Shown here: positions 19,455 through 29,673 of the stretch, piece by piece
Position numbering within the stretch: position 1 is the stretch's first letter
How the letters are laid out: each line of letters starts with the position of its first letter
IMG/VR virus record: IMGVR_UViG_3300023213_000432
Coordinates: 263,424 to 327,423 of that record
Origin: a virus
Lineage: Duplodnaviria; Caudoviricetes
Length of the DNA: 64,000 bases
Reading direction: 5' to 3' (one strand)
The notes under the pieces: generated by a model
What the model was told of the DNA's origin: nothing
Databases searched by the model: none
The model's input: the letters and a program-made list of their open reading frames with translations, nothing else
Program-made: the position numbers and the translations under genes

Positions 19455-20351
19455 ATGGAAATCACCGCACAAGAATTCATCATTTTAGAGCCCGTTCCTA
19501 TTATGGACACAATGCCATTGGAAATTGTGGATGCTCCGTCTTCTTCTGTAGAAACGGCGCCCATGGAAGTTTCCGAACCTGCTGTGATTGAATTAGTGGT
19601 AGAGGAACTTCCCGGAGCACCAGTTGGCACCAAAGATCCCGAACCAGAGTTGGAAGTGGTAGAAGAGACATCCACCAAAGAGGATGAAAACGAAGCTAAA
19701 GGTGATAAAAAACCCAAGACCACTGCCGAATTTAAAGCATGGGCCAAACAAAAATTGGATGGTGTTCCCAAGCACAGCGGTTATGACAGTGCTGGATTGG
19801 AACGAGCCGTTGCTTACTTGGAAAAGTTATCCAAAGACATTTCTCGTTTGATGCGGGATGACTTGGATGGACAACTAGACGCCAATATGGTGGAAGATGT
19901 TTGTGCTAAGGTGGATGATGGTATTGCACGTTTGCAAGATCGTTTGAGCAAGGTAGAAAAAACCAAGAAAAGCCGAAGAAAGAAAAAATCGGAAGAAGAG
20001 ATGAATGAGATATTGATCTCTGTGGGAGAAGAACCTGTTTCCGAAGGTATGATCAAAGAGGCTCAAAAAATTTGGGGCGTGACAGGAGTTACAGTAGTGG
20101 CGCCGATTTTTATTTCTCGATTAGCTAGGACATTGATTAATGGAATGGTTTCTGGTGGGCACTCCATCGAAGATGGATTCGCACGACTTTCCAAAAAATG
20201 GAAATTAACTGATCGTGAACAAATGGAATTAGTTGAATTATTGGAGTCGATGGGTTACGCTACTCGAAGAGATCGAGGATTATCATTGGATGAAGATTTT
20301 GATGCATCAAGTTCAGATAATTTTGATTATGGTGCTAACTATCGTAGCTGA
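19455..20351 (+). CDS. Hypothetical acidic putative head protein
   Basis: 298 aa; GAGG RBS; promoter-like motif at 19418; MIKEAQ. Confidence 0.75.
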   Translation: MEITAQEFIILEPVPIMDTMPLEIVDAPSSSVETAPMEVSEPAVIELVVEELPGAPVGTKDPEPELEVVEETSTKEDENEAKGDKKPKTTAEFKAWAKQKLDGVPKHSGYDSAGLERAVAYLEKLSKDISRLMRDDLDGQLDANMVEDVCAKVDDGIARLQDRLSKVEKTKKSRRKKKSEEEMNEILISVGEEPVSEGMIKEAQKIWGVTGVTVVAPIFISRLARTLINGMVSGGHSIEDGFARLSKKWKLTDREQMELVELLESMGYATRRDRGLSLDEDFDASSSDNFDYGANYRS

Positions 20352-20391
20352 TATCAAAGCTTTTCTCACAATAAATCCGTATAATATTATC

Positions 20392-21027
20392 ATGTCTAAA
20401 TATCTTCGCACTCAACCTATTGTTACTCGCCAAGCAAACGATAATCAAGAAGATTATTGGCTCAAAGAATTCGAAAAGAAACTTGCTGTTCAACCCGTTA
20501 ATCAATCAGTGTTTGAACAGATCAATAACATTATGAATGGCAAATCGAGGTATCCTACTGTGGAAGCAGCAATAGCTGATATGCAGGAGAGAAGTGGATT
20601 TACCAGATTCGTTCAAGAACTTGACAAAACTTCTGATGTAGAAATGAACGAGACTACTAAGATGGCGGCTGATGTTCAACAGGATGATGATAAAGAAACA
20701 GATTCTATGCCCGTTGTTATCAAAAAATGTCCTAGTATTAAATCAACGTTGGAAAACTATGTGCGAGATACCCGAGGTAATTTACCCGTTCCCGCCATTA
20801 TTGATAAAATCAAATCAATTCATCGTTCCGATGTTTCCGATGCTCAGGATTGGGATGAGCCAAGACTCTTGAAAGAAGTGAGCCGGCTCAATTTAGAAGC
20901 TAAGAAAAATAATCCCGGTGCTTATCAAAATTATAGTAATTTAGGACGTCGAGATATGATTGGAGAAAGTGAAATCGATCCATCCAATCGAGACGCTTTT
21001 CATTCATTGAATCCGGTCAAATTGTAA
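20392..21027 (+). CDS. Hypothetical protein
   Basis: Likely start ATG 20392 (the longer track ORF overlaps the previous gene); motif at 20371. Confidence 0.7.
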   Translation: MSKYLRTQPIVTRQANDNQEDYWLKEFEKKLAVQPVNQSVFEQINNIMNGKSRYPTVEAAIADMQERSGFTRFVQELDKTSDVEMNETTKMAADVQQDDDKETDSMPVVIKKCPSIKSTLENYVRDTRGNLPVPAIIDKIKSIHRSDVSDAQDWDEPRLLKEVSRLNLEAKKNNPGAYQNYSNLGRRDMIGESEIDPSNRDAFHSLNPVKL

Positions 21028-21051
21028 TGTAATAGATATACATTAAATATT

Positions 21052-22932
21052 ATGACAAAGAACGACAACAAAGAGATATTCGATAAGTTGAAGAAATATC
21101 TCTTGATGATGGATCCTGTCGCATACTGTCAAACATATCTAACGCTCGATGGAAAGCCCTTTACATTAAGTAATGGTGGCTATCGACCTTTTGCCGATAT
21201 TTATCGATACATTGGCATTAAAGCGCTTGAACCTAACGCCAAACCTCTCATCATAGTATCAGGTCGTCAGGTAGGTAAAACTACTACACTATCGGCTTTA
21301 GAAATGTATTTTATGGGTTCCGGGATGTTTGGCGTGGGAGAAAAGCCTGCTATCCGAGTGATTCATGCTTTTCCACAGTTAGAAATGGCAGCCGCTTATT
21401 CTAAGACAAAACTCAGTCAAATGATCTCTGCTTCTGTAGTGTCAGATGTCGATGGAACTAAACTAGACAAGCGCGGGACTAGATCCAAATCTCATATGCA
21501 GTCGTTGTTAGATCAATCTACTCCCACCAACGATTCGCTCACTTTCAAACAATTTATTGGCGGCAATCATCTTTGGATCGAGAGCACCGGATTAGATGCA
21601 GACCGACTTCGTGGAAGAACAGCGGATGTTATTTTCTTTGATGAGTGTCAGAAGATTGGAGGACAAGCTATCGGTAATGCACTCAAAATTTTAACAGCCG
21701 CTAAATATGGACGTCCTTCTAAAGGTGTTCAAGTTTATGTTGGAACCCCTCTTCGTAAAGGATCTGACTTTCATAAAATGTGGCAAAGCTCTTCACAACA
21801 ATATTATTACCTTGGGTGTGAAAGTTGTGAAAAACATTTTCCACTTTATACGCCCGGTAAAGATGATTGGCAGAATATTTGGCTTTATGGCTATATTGTT
21901 AAATGTGTTCATTGCGGGCATGAACAAAACAAATTAGAAGCAGCAGAGCGTGGCAAGTGGGTTGCTTTGAAACATCCCGATGATGAAGATTGCCAGATGA
22001 TTGGTTTTCATATTAATCAGCTTTATATGCCGATGTTCTCTAAAGAAGACATCCTCAATGAAATGCCGGGAAAACATCCTATTAATACAGAGCGCATTTT
22101 TCAGAACGAAGTTCTCGGAGAATTTTTCCAAGGAGATTCTTCTCCTATTACCACGGACGAGATTCGGGACAATTGTGGAGATGCTGGAAGGAAACAACGA
22201 GCACGAATTGCTCCCGATGAAGAACAAATGGTTGTCATGGGCATTGATTATGGTGCCAAGGCAGATTTGGAACAATTAGCTAACCCTGAAAAAACCAAAT
22301 TGATGGGACAGTCTTATAGCACCGCTGTAGTATTAGCCATTAAAGGCCCTGATTTGTTGTCGGTGGAACGGGCTGTCAAGTTTAAGCGGAATGATATTGA
22401 AAGTAAAAAAGGTATCATCGACAAATTGATTAGGGATTATAGTGTTCAGTTAGCTATCGGTGATATTGGCTTTTCGCATGACTTTTCTACTTTGATGCAT
22501 ACTGCTCATGGAGATCGTTATTTGGTTTCGAGGGCTCACAACAAAGTTAATGGACATGTTAAATATTCCGCGGATGCTTTTCCAAAAGAGATCGTTTTTG
22601 AACGAGATCACTACATCTCTGAAGTTTATGAATTAATGAAAAAAGGACAGATTAGATTTCCGTTTGGTGATTATGAACAGATTGCTTGGTTAGTAGAACA
22701 TTGTTCTAATATGGAAATTAAGCCAAGTATATCAAGGGTAGGAGAGCCAACAGTGCATTATGTTAAATCAGGACCAAATGATGGATTTTCTGCCATGCTT
22801 AATGCATATCTTGCCTACAAATTTTTATTAACCAAGGGCTTTACTATCCATAATCCTTATCTTCAGAATACAAATATTAAAGACCTTCATAAACCATTAA
22901 TTTTGGGACATTATTTTAGTCGTCGCTTCTAA
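21052..22932 (+). CDS. terL: Terminase large subunit
   Basis: Walker A SGRQVGKTT, Walker B VIFFDECQ, coupling GTP, CxxC..CxxC Zn ribbon, RNase H-like MGIDYG and terminal NDG; precedes the portal. Confidence 0.92.
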   Translation: MTKNDNKEIFDKLKKYLLMMDPVAYCQTYLTLDGKPFTLSNGGYRPFADIYRYIGIKALEPNAKPLIIVSGRQVGKTTTLSALEMYFMGSGMFGVGEKPAIRVIHAFPQLEMAAAYSKTKLSQMISASVVSDVDGTKLDKRGTRSKSHMQSLLDQSTPTNDSLTFKQFIGGNHLWIESTGLDADRLRGRTADVIFFDECQKIGGQAIGNALKILTAAKYGRPSKGVQVYVGTPLRKGSDFHKMWQSSSQQYYYLGCESCEKHFPLYTPGKDDWQNIWLYGYIVKCVHCGHEQNKLEAAERGKWVALKHPDDEDCQMIGFHINQLYMPMFSKEDILNEMPGKHPINTERIFQNEVLGEFFQGDSSPITTDEIRDNCGDAGRKQRARIAPDEEQMVVMGIDYGAKADLEQLANPEKTKLMGQSYSTAVVLAIKGPDLLSVERAVKFKRNDIESKKGIIDKLIRDYSVQLAIGDIGFSHDFSTLMHTAHGDRYLVSRAHNKVNGHVKYSADAFPKEIVFERDHYISEVYELMKKGQIRFPFGDYEQIAWLVEHCSNMEIKPSISRVGEPTVHYVKSGPNDGFSAMLNAYLAYKFLLTKGFTIHNPYLQNTNIKDLHKPLILGHYFSRRF

Positions 22933-22986
22933 ACTCCTGATTTCTTGGATATATCACTGATTGGGCATATTTGATGCTAGGAAGCC

Positions 22987-25900
22987 ATGCCGATTGATAA
23001 AACTAATAAATTGTGGTTGGGTCCCTCTAATTCTTCTCAATATCTACAATCCAAATCTGCGATTCCTCCGGTAAGCGCGTCGATGTCCAAATCTGTTTCT
23101 GCTTTTCGAAAACAAGAAATTGCCGATGAAGTAGAACAAGGATTGTTTAGAGACGGAAGTTCTCCTTATAGAGAGCCAAATGAATACGGCTCCACTTATA
23201 ATGGACGAGTTCTTGCTGGTATTTCCAAAATAGCTCAGGTTGTTGGAAATTCGGGAACAGGCGGCGGGTTCCGCGGTGGCTTTGGTGATACTATTATGCA
23301 AGCTCCGGAAGTGTATTCACCTCTATGGCTAAACAGCAATTTAAGTCTTCCTCGAGATCGCGCTACTATTAACGCTTGGTGCCGCAGTTTCTACGCTCTT
23401 AATCCGTTTGTTCATAACGCTATCAATTTGCATAGCACTTATCCCATTGCTAAACTCAGCATTAAGTGTCCCAATAAAAACATCGAAAAATTCTTTAATG
23501 ACATGATTGAAGAAATTGATTTGATGAGCATTTGTGTTCAAATCGCTCAAGAATATTGGTTATTGGGTGAAGCCTTCGTATATTCCGAGTTAGATGAAGG
23601 CCAGGGCAAATGGAGTCGATTATTGATTCAAAACCCAGATTATATGATTGTCAAGCGCACTGTAGTTGCAGATGAGCCAATAATCATGTTGCGTCCGGAT
23701 GAGAATTTGAAGAAAATTATTACCTCTAATCGTCCTACGGATATTGAACAGCGCAAACAACTTAATCAACATATCATTGATTCAGTAAAACGCGGTCAAA
23801 ATATTCCGTTAGATAATTTTCACGTGTCTCATTTAGCTCGAAGAATTAGTCCGTATGAAATTCGAGGAACAGGATTGCCCACATGTATTTTTCGTCAATT
23901 AATGCTTTTTGATCAATTAAGAGAATGCTATGACGAGAAAACTGAAGTCTTGACAGATCATGGATTCAAAACTATTGATCAATTAGTTCATAAGACATCT
24001 AAGTTGAAACTCAATTCTAACCATGTTAATGGTGCCGAAGTAAATGAAAACGGAAAAGTATCTTCTATTTTGACAATGAAAGAAGATTTCAAAGTAGCTT
24101 GCGTCAATCCTGAAACTAACAATATTGAATATCATCAACCCATCGAATTGCACATGTCTCATTATACTGGGAAAATGCTGCATTTTAAATCACGAAACTT
24201 TGATACATTAGTTTCTCCTAATCATAAAATGTGGCTCCAAAAAAAGAATCGTTTGAATGGTATTTCTTGTTGGAATGCATGGGAGAAAATGCCAGCCAAA
24301 GATATTAATCCAAAAACCACATATAGGTTTATGGGAACCACTAAGTGGCAAGGAAAACGCCTTAAAAAAGTTGATGTTCTAGGAAAAAAAATTCCTATCG
24401 AACTATATTTGAGATTTTTGGGGTATGTAATTTCAGAGGGGTATCTTGGACAGAATTACATAGATCTTTCCCAAAAGATAACATCAGATTGTTTGCTCGA
24501 TTTGCAAAATACGATGCATCAGTTTGCCAAATATTTTGATAAATCTGTGTCTGACAGAATTCAAACAACTGACAATTTTAAAAAACATGGTTTCAAGAAA
24601 CAACCTATCGATCGATGGAATGGACGAATTTATAGCAAAGCGCTGCAAGATTTTTTTGTTCAAGAAGTTGGTACCAAAGAGGGCTCTACTGCAGAATATA
24701 AACATATTCCGCAATGGATTAAAGTATTATCTCCAGATCTTTTAGAAATCTTGTTAGAAAGTTTGGTTTTTGGAGATGGAAGCCACTTTCATAACAAATG
24801 CTCAGAGGCTCAATGTTACTATACGGTTTCCAAACAACTGGCGGATGATGTTCAAGAAATAGTTTTGAAATGTGGATTTGCTCCATCTATTTCTACTAAA
24901 CCATTAAAATCGGGTAATACAGAATATCGTGTTTCTTGGTCAAATGCAGCTGATGGTAATTATCCAGTTTTGGCACCTAACAAAAAATATCCACCAAAAA
25001 TCAAAGAAGTGGAATATAATGGTGTAGTGTGGTGCTTCGAGGTTCCGACCGGATTATTCATTACTCGTCGCAATGGAAAAATTGCTATTCATGGCAATAG
25101 CAAATACGCTCAAGCATCGGAAATGATTAATCCAATGACCTTAGTGAAAATCGGCACTGATGCAGCTGATGGGCTTCACCCAACTTTTCAAGACTTAGAG
25201 GCATGGCGAGATGTTTTTGATGCGGCTCAAAACAATCGCAATTTCAAAATCTTTACTCATGCTGGAGTAGCAGTGGAACGCGTTGGCTGGGGTCAGGGCA
25301 TCTATGACATTTCAGGCGATATTACCCAATTGATGAAAGAAATTTTTATTGGTCTCCAAGCGCCTCCTGTGATCATGGGAGACACTTCTGATACTACTTA
25401 TGCTAACGGTGGTGTGGTTCTTGATGTTCTGCGGCAGCGATACATGCAATTTCGCAATATGATGTCCGCTTGGCTAAAACGCAAGATTTTTGCTCCCATC
25501 TCTAAAATTCAAGGCTTTTATGATTATTCTGGTGCCAAGAAACAATTGATTGTTCCAGAAATTGATTGGAATCATATGTCTCTTTTTGATACTGGAGATT
25601 TTATGAATATCCTTGTTCAATTAACTCAGGGAACCGGCGAACAGAAGAGAGCTTCTCTTCATACTTTGTACCGTTCTATGGGACTTGATTGGGAAGATGA
25701 GCAAAGAAAAATTCGCAAAGAAGCTATTCAAGCCGCCATTATGGAAAAGGAAAAAGCCGCCTTAGCTAAAATGGAACTTAATTCTCTAAGATCTTTAGAC
25801 GAAGAAGATGAGATTCAAGAGGTTAAAGATGATAAAGGCGCACCAACTACGGCTCCAGAACCTCCATTGCCGGGTGAAACTCCAACTGGTGCGTTGCCGG

Positions 25901-25998
25901 GATTAGATTTAGGCGCTATTCCACCACCCCCTCCTGAAGCGCCGCCAGCCCCTGCTGGACCTCTGCCTCCAGCGCCCCCACCAGCACCTCCGGTCTAA
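22987..25998 (+). CDS. Portal protein containing a LAGLIDADG intein
   Basis: Follows terL; portal-like helical N-domain (NPFVHNAINLH..YWLLGEAF); intein; acidic/Pro-rich tail. Confidence 0.85.
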   Translation: MPIDKTNKLWLGPSNSSQYLQSKSAIPPVSASMSKSVSAFRKQEIADEVEQGLFRDGSSPYREPNEYGSTYNGRVLAGISKIAQVVGNSGTGGGFRGGFGDTIMQAPEVYSPLWLNSNLSLPRDRATINAWCRSFYALNPFVHNAINLHSTYPIAKLSIKCPNKNIEKFFNDMIEEIDLMSICVQIAQEYWLLGEAFVYSELDEGQGKWSRLLIQNPDYMIVKRTVVADEPIIMLRPDENLKKIITSNRPTDIEQRKQLNQHIIDSVKRGQNIPLDNFHVSHLARRISPYEIRGTGLPTCIFRQLMLFDQLRECYDEKTEVLTDHGFKTIDQLVHKTSKLKLNSNHVNGAEVNENGKVSSILTMKEDFKVACVNPETNNIEYHQPIELHMSHYTGKMLHFKSRNFDTLVSPNHKMWLQKKNRLNGISCWNAWEKMPAKDINPKTTYRFMGTTKWQGKRLKKVDVLGKKIPIELYLRFLGYVISEGYLGQNYIDLSQKITSDCLLDLQNTMHQFAKYFDKSVSDRIQTTDNFKKHGFKKQPIDRWNGRIYSKALQDFFVQEVGTKEGSTAEYKHIPQWIKVLSPDLLEILLESLVFGDGSHFHNKCSEAQCYYTVSKQLADDVQEIVLKCGFAPSISTKPLKSGNTEYRVSWSNAADGNYPVLAPNKKYPPKIKEVEYNGVVWCFEVPTGLFITRRNGKIAIHGNSKYAQASEMINPMTLVKIGTDAADGLHPTFQDLEAWRDVFDAAQNNRNFKIFTHAGVAVERVGWGQGIYDISGDITQLMKEIFIGLQAPPVIMGDTSDTTYANGGVVLDVLRQRYMQFRNMMSAWLKRKIFAPISKIQGFYDYSGAKKQLIVPEIDWNHMSLFDTGDFMNILVQLTQGTGEQKRASLHTLYRSMGLDWEDEQRKIRKEAIQAAIMEKEKAALAKMELNSLRSLDEEDEIQEVKDDKGAPTTAPEPPLPGETPTGALPGLDLGAIPPPPPEAPPAPAGPLPPAPPPAPPV
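23926..25098 (+). mobile_element. Intein (391 aa) with LAGLIDADG endonuclease in portal
   Basis: E|CYDEKTEVLT start; FLGYVISEG and LLESLVFGDG motifs; VWCFEVPTG..IHGN|S end. Confidence 0.92.
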
Positions 25999-26015
25999 AG
26001 CCACTAAACCTGCGT

Positions 26016-26027
26016 ATAATCTCGTAT
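26016..26027 (+). promoter_or_regulatory. Candidate phage promoter motif
   Basis: ATAATCTCGTAT upstream of gene 26049. Confidence 0.55.
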
Positions 26028-26048
26028 TATTTTGCTAATTGCATTCAC

Positions 26049-27314
26049 GTGAGGATTATTATGCAGAAGACTGCTCAAAAACGAAGTCTGCTTTCCAGAT
26101 TGCGAGAAATGACCGACATCGGTGGAATTGCTGCCGAAAAGTTTTTTCATCCCGAATTTCAAGAACTTATGGATCGTTTGCGCAATGATACTGATGATCC
26201 CATTCGTGCTATTGTTTCTGGGGAAAGAATTGGAGATGCTGATCCTCCTGCTGATGGCATATCACTCAAAGATTTGCTTAAATCAGCTCGCTCCAATATC
26301 AATCGTCGAGAATATATGAAAACAGTTGCTGATTTAAGTCGTTTTCATAAAAAGATGGATGATATTATTCGAATACTTTCTTCTTTCAAATCTAACATTG
26401 ACGCTATTCATGAGAAATTTCTTTTTCAAGATTTAGATGAAGAAAGCAAGCAACATCTACAAGAATTGAAAACACGTTTAGCTCATTCAACGCCTTCCTT
26501 AACTAAGGAAGCTGGGCTTTTGGATTTTCTCCTCAATTTACGCGAGGAACGTGGCAGGGCTTTAGCTGCTTGGGAAAAACGGTATCCTAAACAAGTCAGT
26601 AAGCTGAAGAGAGATACCGAGAGTCTCTTGAGGCGATCTGAAGGATTATTGTCCAGAGTATTATCAACTCTAAAAGAAATGGCTACTGCTCGTGCAACTA
26701 GGAAAGTAGATAGCTACATTCTTTCTGGAGAAAAAATGGCTAAGGCATATCGGGATTATGATACTGAATTTAGAAAGTATTATATGGACAATGTTAAGGG
26801 ATTTTTAGAGAAACAAGAATTAGTAGCTCCAATTAAAGAGGTTCCCAAACCACAAGAGATGGCTAAACAAGAGGTTAAGGTAGAGCCCAAACCTGCAACA
26901 TTAGAACAAGCACCTATTCCGGCTGCTTTTGAACCTCCTCCCACTATAATGGAGTCTAAGCCTCCAACCGTTGAACAAGATTTAGCTACTGCGCCAACAG
27001 AAAAAGTTCCACCGCCAGTAATGACGCCTCAATCACAGTCGGTGGAAGAAATGTATCAACGAATTCAACAGCCCGGCGGAATTCCAGCATTGCAGCCAAA
27101 AGTTCCTACCATTGGAATTCCCTCAACGCTTCGTTCTCCCGGAACACCTCCTAAAAAATCTCACCACAAATTTCTACAATCTTTAGAAGTTATGTCTCAA
27201 GAACAGCCGGCTATGTTAGCTATTCATATTCACAAGTATGCTCAAAACATTCAAGATACTGATCCCCAAACCTCCCGACGCTTGTTCCAACTAGTTAGAT
27301 CCATTGGGGAGTAA
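26049..27314 (+). CDS. Hypothetical putative head protein with Pro-rich linker
   Basis: 421 aa; MQKTAQ and LTKEAG motifs; coiled-coil N-half. Confidence 0.75.
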   Translation: MRIIMQKTAQKRSLLSRLREMTDIGGIAAEKFFHPEFQELMDRLRNDTDDPIRAIVSGERIGDADPPADGISLKDLLKSARSNINRREYMKTVADLSRFHKKMDDIIRILSSFKSNIDAIHEKFLFQDLDEESKQHLQELKTRLAHSTPSLTKEAGLLDFLLNLREERGRALAAWEKRYPKQVSKLKRDTESLLRRSEGLLSRVLSTLKEMATARATRKVDSYILSGEKMAKAYRDYDTEFRKYYMDNVKGFLEKQELVAPIKEVPKPQEMAKQEVKVEPKPATLEQAPIPAAFEPPPTIMESKPPTVEQDLATAPTEKVPPPVMTPQSQSVEEMYQRIQQPGGIPALQPKVPTIGIPSTLRSPGTPPKKSHHKFLQSLEVMSQEQPAMLAIHIHKYAQNIQDTDPQTSRRLFQLVRSIGE

Positions 27315-27317
27315 GCC

Positions 27318-28541
27318 GTGGTTAATTTGGGCTCTAACTTTTATCCGAAACTCGTTCAGGTATCATCGGAAATGGGGATGAAACCTGAAGACCTATTGGT
27401 GGTGATGGTTTCGGAATCCGGATTGAATCCATCTGCTTTAGAGCCTAAATATCGTGGTTCTGGATTGGTGGGTTTTATGCCGGACACTCTTCGTGATTTA
27501 GGATTTAAGGGTGGCCCCGATGCTTTCACTAAGCTGTCGGGAGAAGAGCAACTTGATTTTGTTAAACCATTGGTGCAAAATGCCATTCAATTGAATGGTG
27601 GGCCTCTAACTTCCGCAGCTAAATATTATGTAGCCAATTTTTTTCCGGTGGCTCTTAAATTGCCAGGAATTCGCTCCGGTGATTCCAATGCTGCTTTTCT
27701 AGAGAGATCGCCAGAAACAGTTCGGGATTCTAAAACCGGACAATTACTAAGCAAAAAATATGCTGATATCGGTATTCGTGTATCTGCTGATTTTGAACGA
27801 TTAGCTTACGATGCTAATCCATTATTTCATGGAACGGGCAATAAGATTACTTATGGGGATATGCAAAGAGTAGTGGAACAGAAACGGAAATCTCCTCTTT
27901 ATCAGAATGCGATTGCTACCATGCAACAACACACTGGGTATCAACCCTCATCGACCAAACCATCTCCCAGAATCGGACTCTTACGAAAACTATTAGAGAA
28001 GTATAAGGGGAAAGAGCAAGAAGTTATTCAGAAACTATTTGCCAAGCGCCCTTCACAAAAGATTCCTGCCCCATCAATATCAGTAGAAACATCTAATGTC
28101 AGTAATGTTCTAGAAAGTTATCTTCCAAAAATCGCCTTGGAAAATTCTAAAAGACGTCTCTTTAAAAAATTCTTGCCCACCAATCATTTTGTTATTGAAG
28201 TTAGTTCTAAAGATTATGTAGATACGATTGAGTTTGCTAGAGTTTTAGGCGCCGCTATCAATGAAGAGTTATTATCTTTGGCTCATACCCATACTGATGG
28301 CAATCAAGTAGAAATTGAGTGTGTTGTTTATGGTTCTTCATTGGAATGTTTTAACGCTATTAAACAATTAACGTCTTCTGTTAGTGAAGCTTTTCAACAA
28401 GCTACCCTTAAAATTGGTAGCATTCGTGTCAAAACACAATGTTTCATGGATAAAAAAGCTTCCCATCAGCCTATTGATCCTAAGTTTGCTCAATCTCAAT
28501 ACCGACAATTTCACCTCAAGTTTGTTAAAGGAAACGGCTAA
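27318..28541 (+). CDS. Lytic transglycosylase/lysozyme-fold protein with C-terminal extension
   Basis: LLVVMVSESGLNPSA..GLVGFMP..EEQLDFV..YVANFFP matches the SLT-like E-S and GLxQFMP motifs, with Q changed to G. Confidence 0.75.
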   Translation: MVNLGSNFYPKLVQVSSEMGMKPEDLLVVMVSESGLNPSALEPKYRGSGLVGFMPDTLRDLGFKGGPDAFTKLSGEEQLDFVKPLVQNAIQLNGGPLTSAAKYYVANFFPVALKLPGIRSGDSNAAFLERSPETVRDSKTGQLLSKKYADIGIRVSADFERLAYDANPLFHGTGNKITYGDMQRVVEQKRKSPLYQNAIATMQQHTGYQPSSTKPSPRIGLLRKLLEKYKGKEQEVIQKLFAKRPSQKIPAPSISVETSNVSNVLESYLPKIALENSKRRLFKKFLPTNHFVIEVSSKDYVDTIEFARVLGAAINEELLSLAHTHTDGNQVEIECVVYGSSLECFNAIKQLTSSVSEAFQQATLKIGSIRVKTQCFMDKKASHQPIDPKFAQSQYRQFHLKFVKGNG

Positions 28542-28936
28542 TGGTTCCAGAAGGCACTATTCTAAATATTGTTGATGAATTAAACAGAGATCGAACCAAG
28601 ACGTTCGCTGAATTTATTGCTGCCATTTATAAGGACAAGTTCATCGAGATTTATTTAGGAGATCAGTACGAAGAAGTTAGCACAGAACAAGTTTCTACTG
28701 CTTATCCTGCAGTGTTTTGTGGAAAAGTGGTGGCAGCTTATCGAGAATGTTTAGTGATTAACTCAGCTTACATCCAAAACAAAAAACTTACATTGGGTAA
28801 TTTAATGTTTATCAATGAGAGAGCCATTCGAGCACTCAATGAAGTTGATGGCAACGGTATTATTGAGGATATGTTCTTGCGAAGCAAAGAATCCTTAGAA
28901 GTTAAGGAAGCCCTCCACGAACACAAAATTGGATAA
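28541..28936 (+). CDS. Hypothetical protein
   Basis: 131-aa ORF, TAATG-coupled. Confidence 0.65.
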   Translation: MVPEGTILNIVDELNRDRTKTFAEFIAAIYKDKFIEIYLGDQYEEVSTEQVSTAYPAVFCGKVVAAYRECLVINSAYIQNKKLTLGNLMFINERAIRALNEVDGNGIIEDMFLRSKESLEVKEALHEHKIG

Positions 28937-28938
28937 TA

Positions 28939-29673
28939 ATGGATATCGAACAAATTCTCCAATTAGCAACCGAATATCACCAACGTTGTTTTGGTTTGAT
29001 CAAAACTGCTATCATTAGAAAATTACCTAATGGTAAATATCGAGTGTTATCAGAAAGGGGCAAAAATCTAGGAACATTTGATTCTAAAGTACAAGCCGAA
29101 CATCGCCTAAATCAAATTGAGTTTTTTAAGCACAAAGATAAGTCTAAAGCTAAAGACCAAACAATAATTGATCTTACTGACATCGATGATTTTTCTTATT
29201 CAGCTATCATGCGTAAATTGCGACAAAAAGCTTCCAAAGAGCAAGTAAAAGATTTTTTAAAGATGTTTAAGAAACGTTTTGACGAGAGCGTCAAGAACAA
29301 ACTTCAAAGACCAGAAAAAGTGGCTTTGCAAGATACGCTCATCAAATTCAATAAGTTATACCCTATTAAGATTAAAAAGAAACTTATCAAAAGTGCCGCG
29401 ATCAGCGAATTAGGAGATGCTAGTTTAGTTGGTCGATACTTAGCTGATATTATCCGATTTACCCTTAACCGAATACCTCAAGAACGAAGACAAAAGGCAT
29501 TTAATAATCTTAAAAACAAGTTCATGATGTTAGACGAAAATGACATTGCTGCCAAAAAATTACCACCTTTTGCTGCCATGGGACAATCAATCACCTTTGT
29601 CAAACACATTCTGTTTAATCAAGACGCTCATTATGTTAGAGAAGTTTTGGATGCTATTGTAAGGGCATTATGA
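28939..29673 (+). CDS. Hypothetical putative head protein
   Basis: IIRKLPNGKYRVLSERGKNLGTF..AEHRLNQIEFFK domain flanked by LIKTA and LIKSA. Confidence 0.7.
   Translation: MDIEQILQLATEYHQRCFGLIKTAIIRKLPNGKYRVLSERGKNLGTFDSKVQAEHRLNQIEFFKHKDKSKAKDQTIIDLTDIDDFSYSAIMRKLRQKASKEQVKDFLKMFKKRFDESVKNKLQRPEKVALQDTLIKFNKLYPIKIKKKLIKSAAISELGDASLVGRYLADIIRFTLNRIPQERRQKAFNNLKNKFMMLDENDIAAKKLPPFAAMGQSITFVKHILFNQDAHYVREVLDAIVRAL

Noticed and set aside
20233-20391. N-terminal extension of ORF 20233 (likewise 18588, 30376, 36491, 55217, 59947, 62385)
   Set aside because: The extensions overlap neighbouring genes and lack an RBS; downstream starts fit better.
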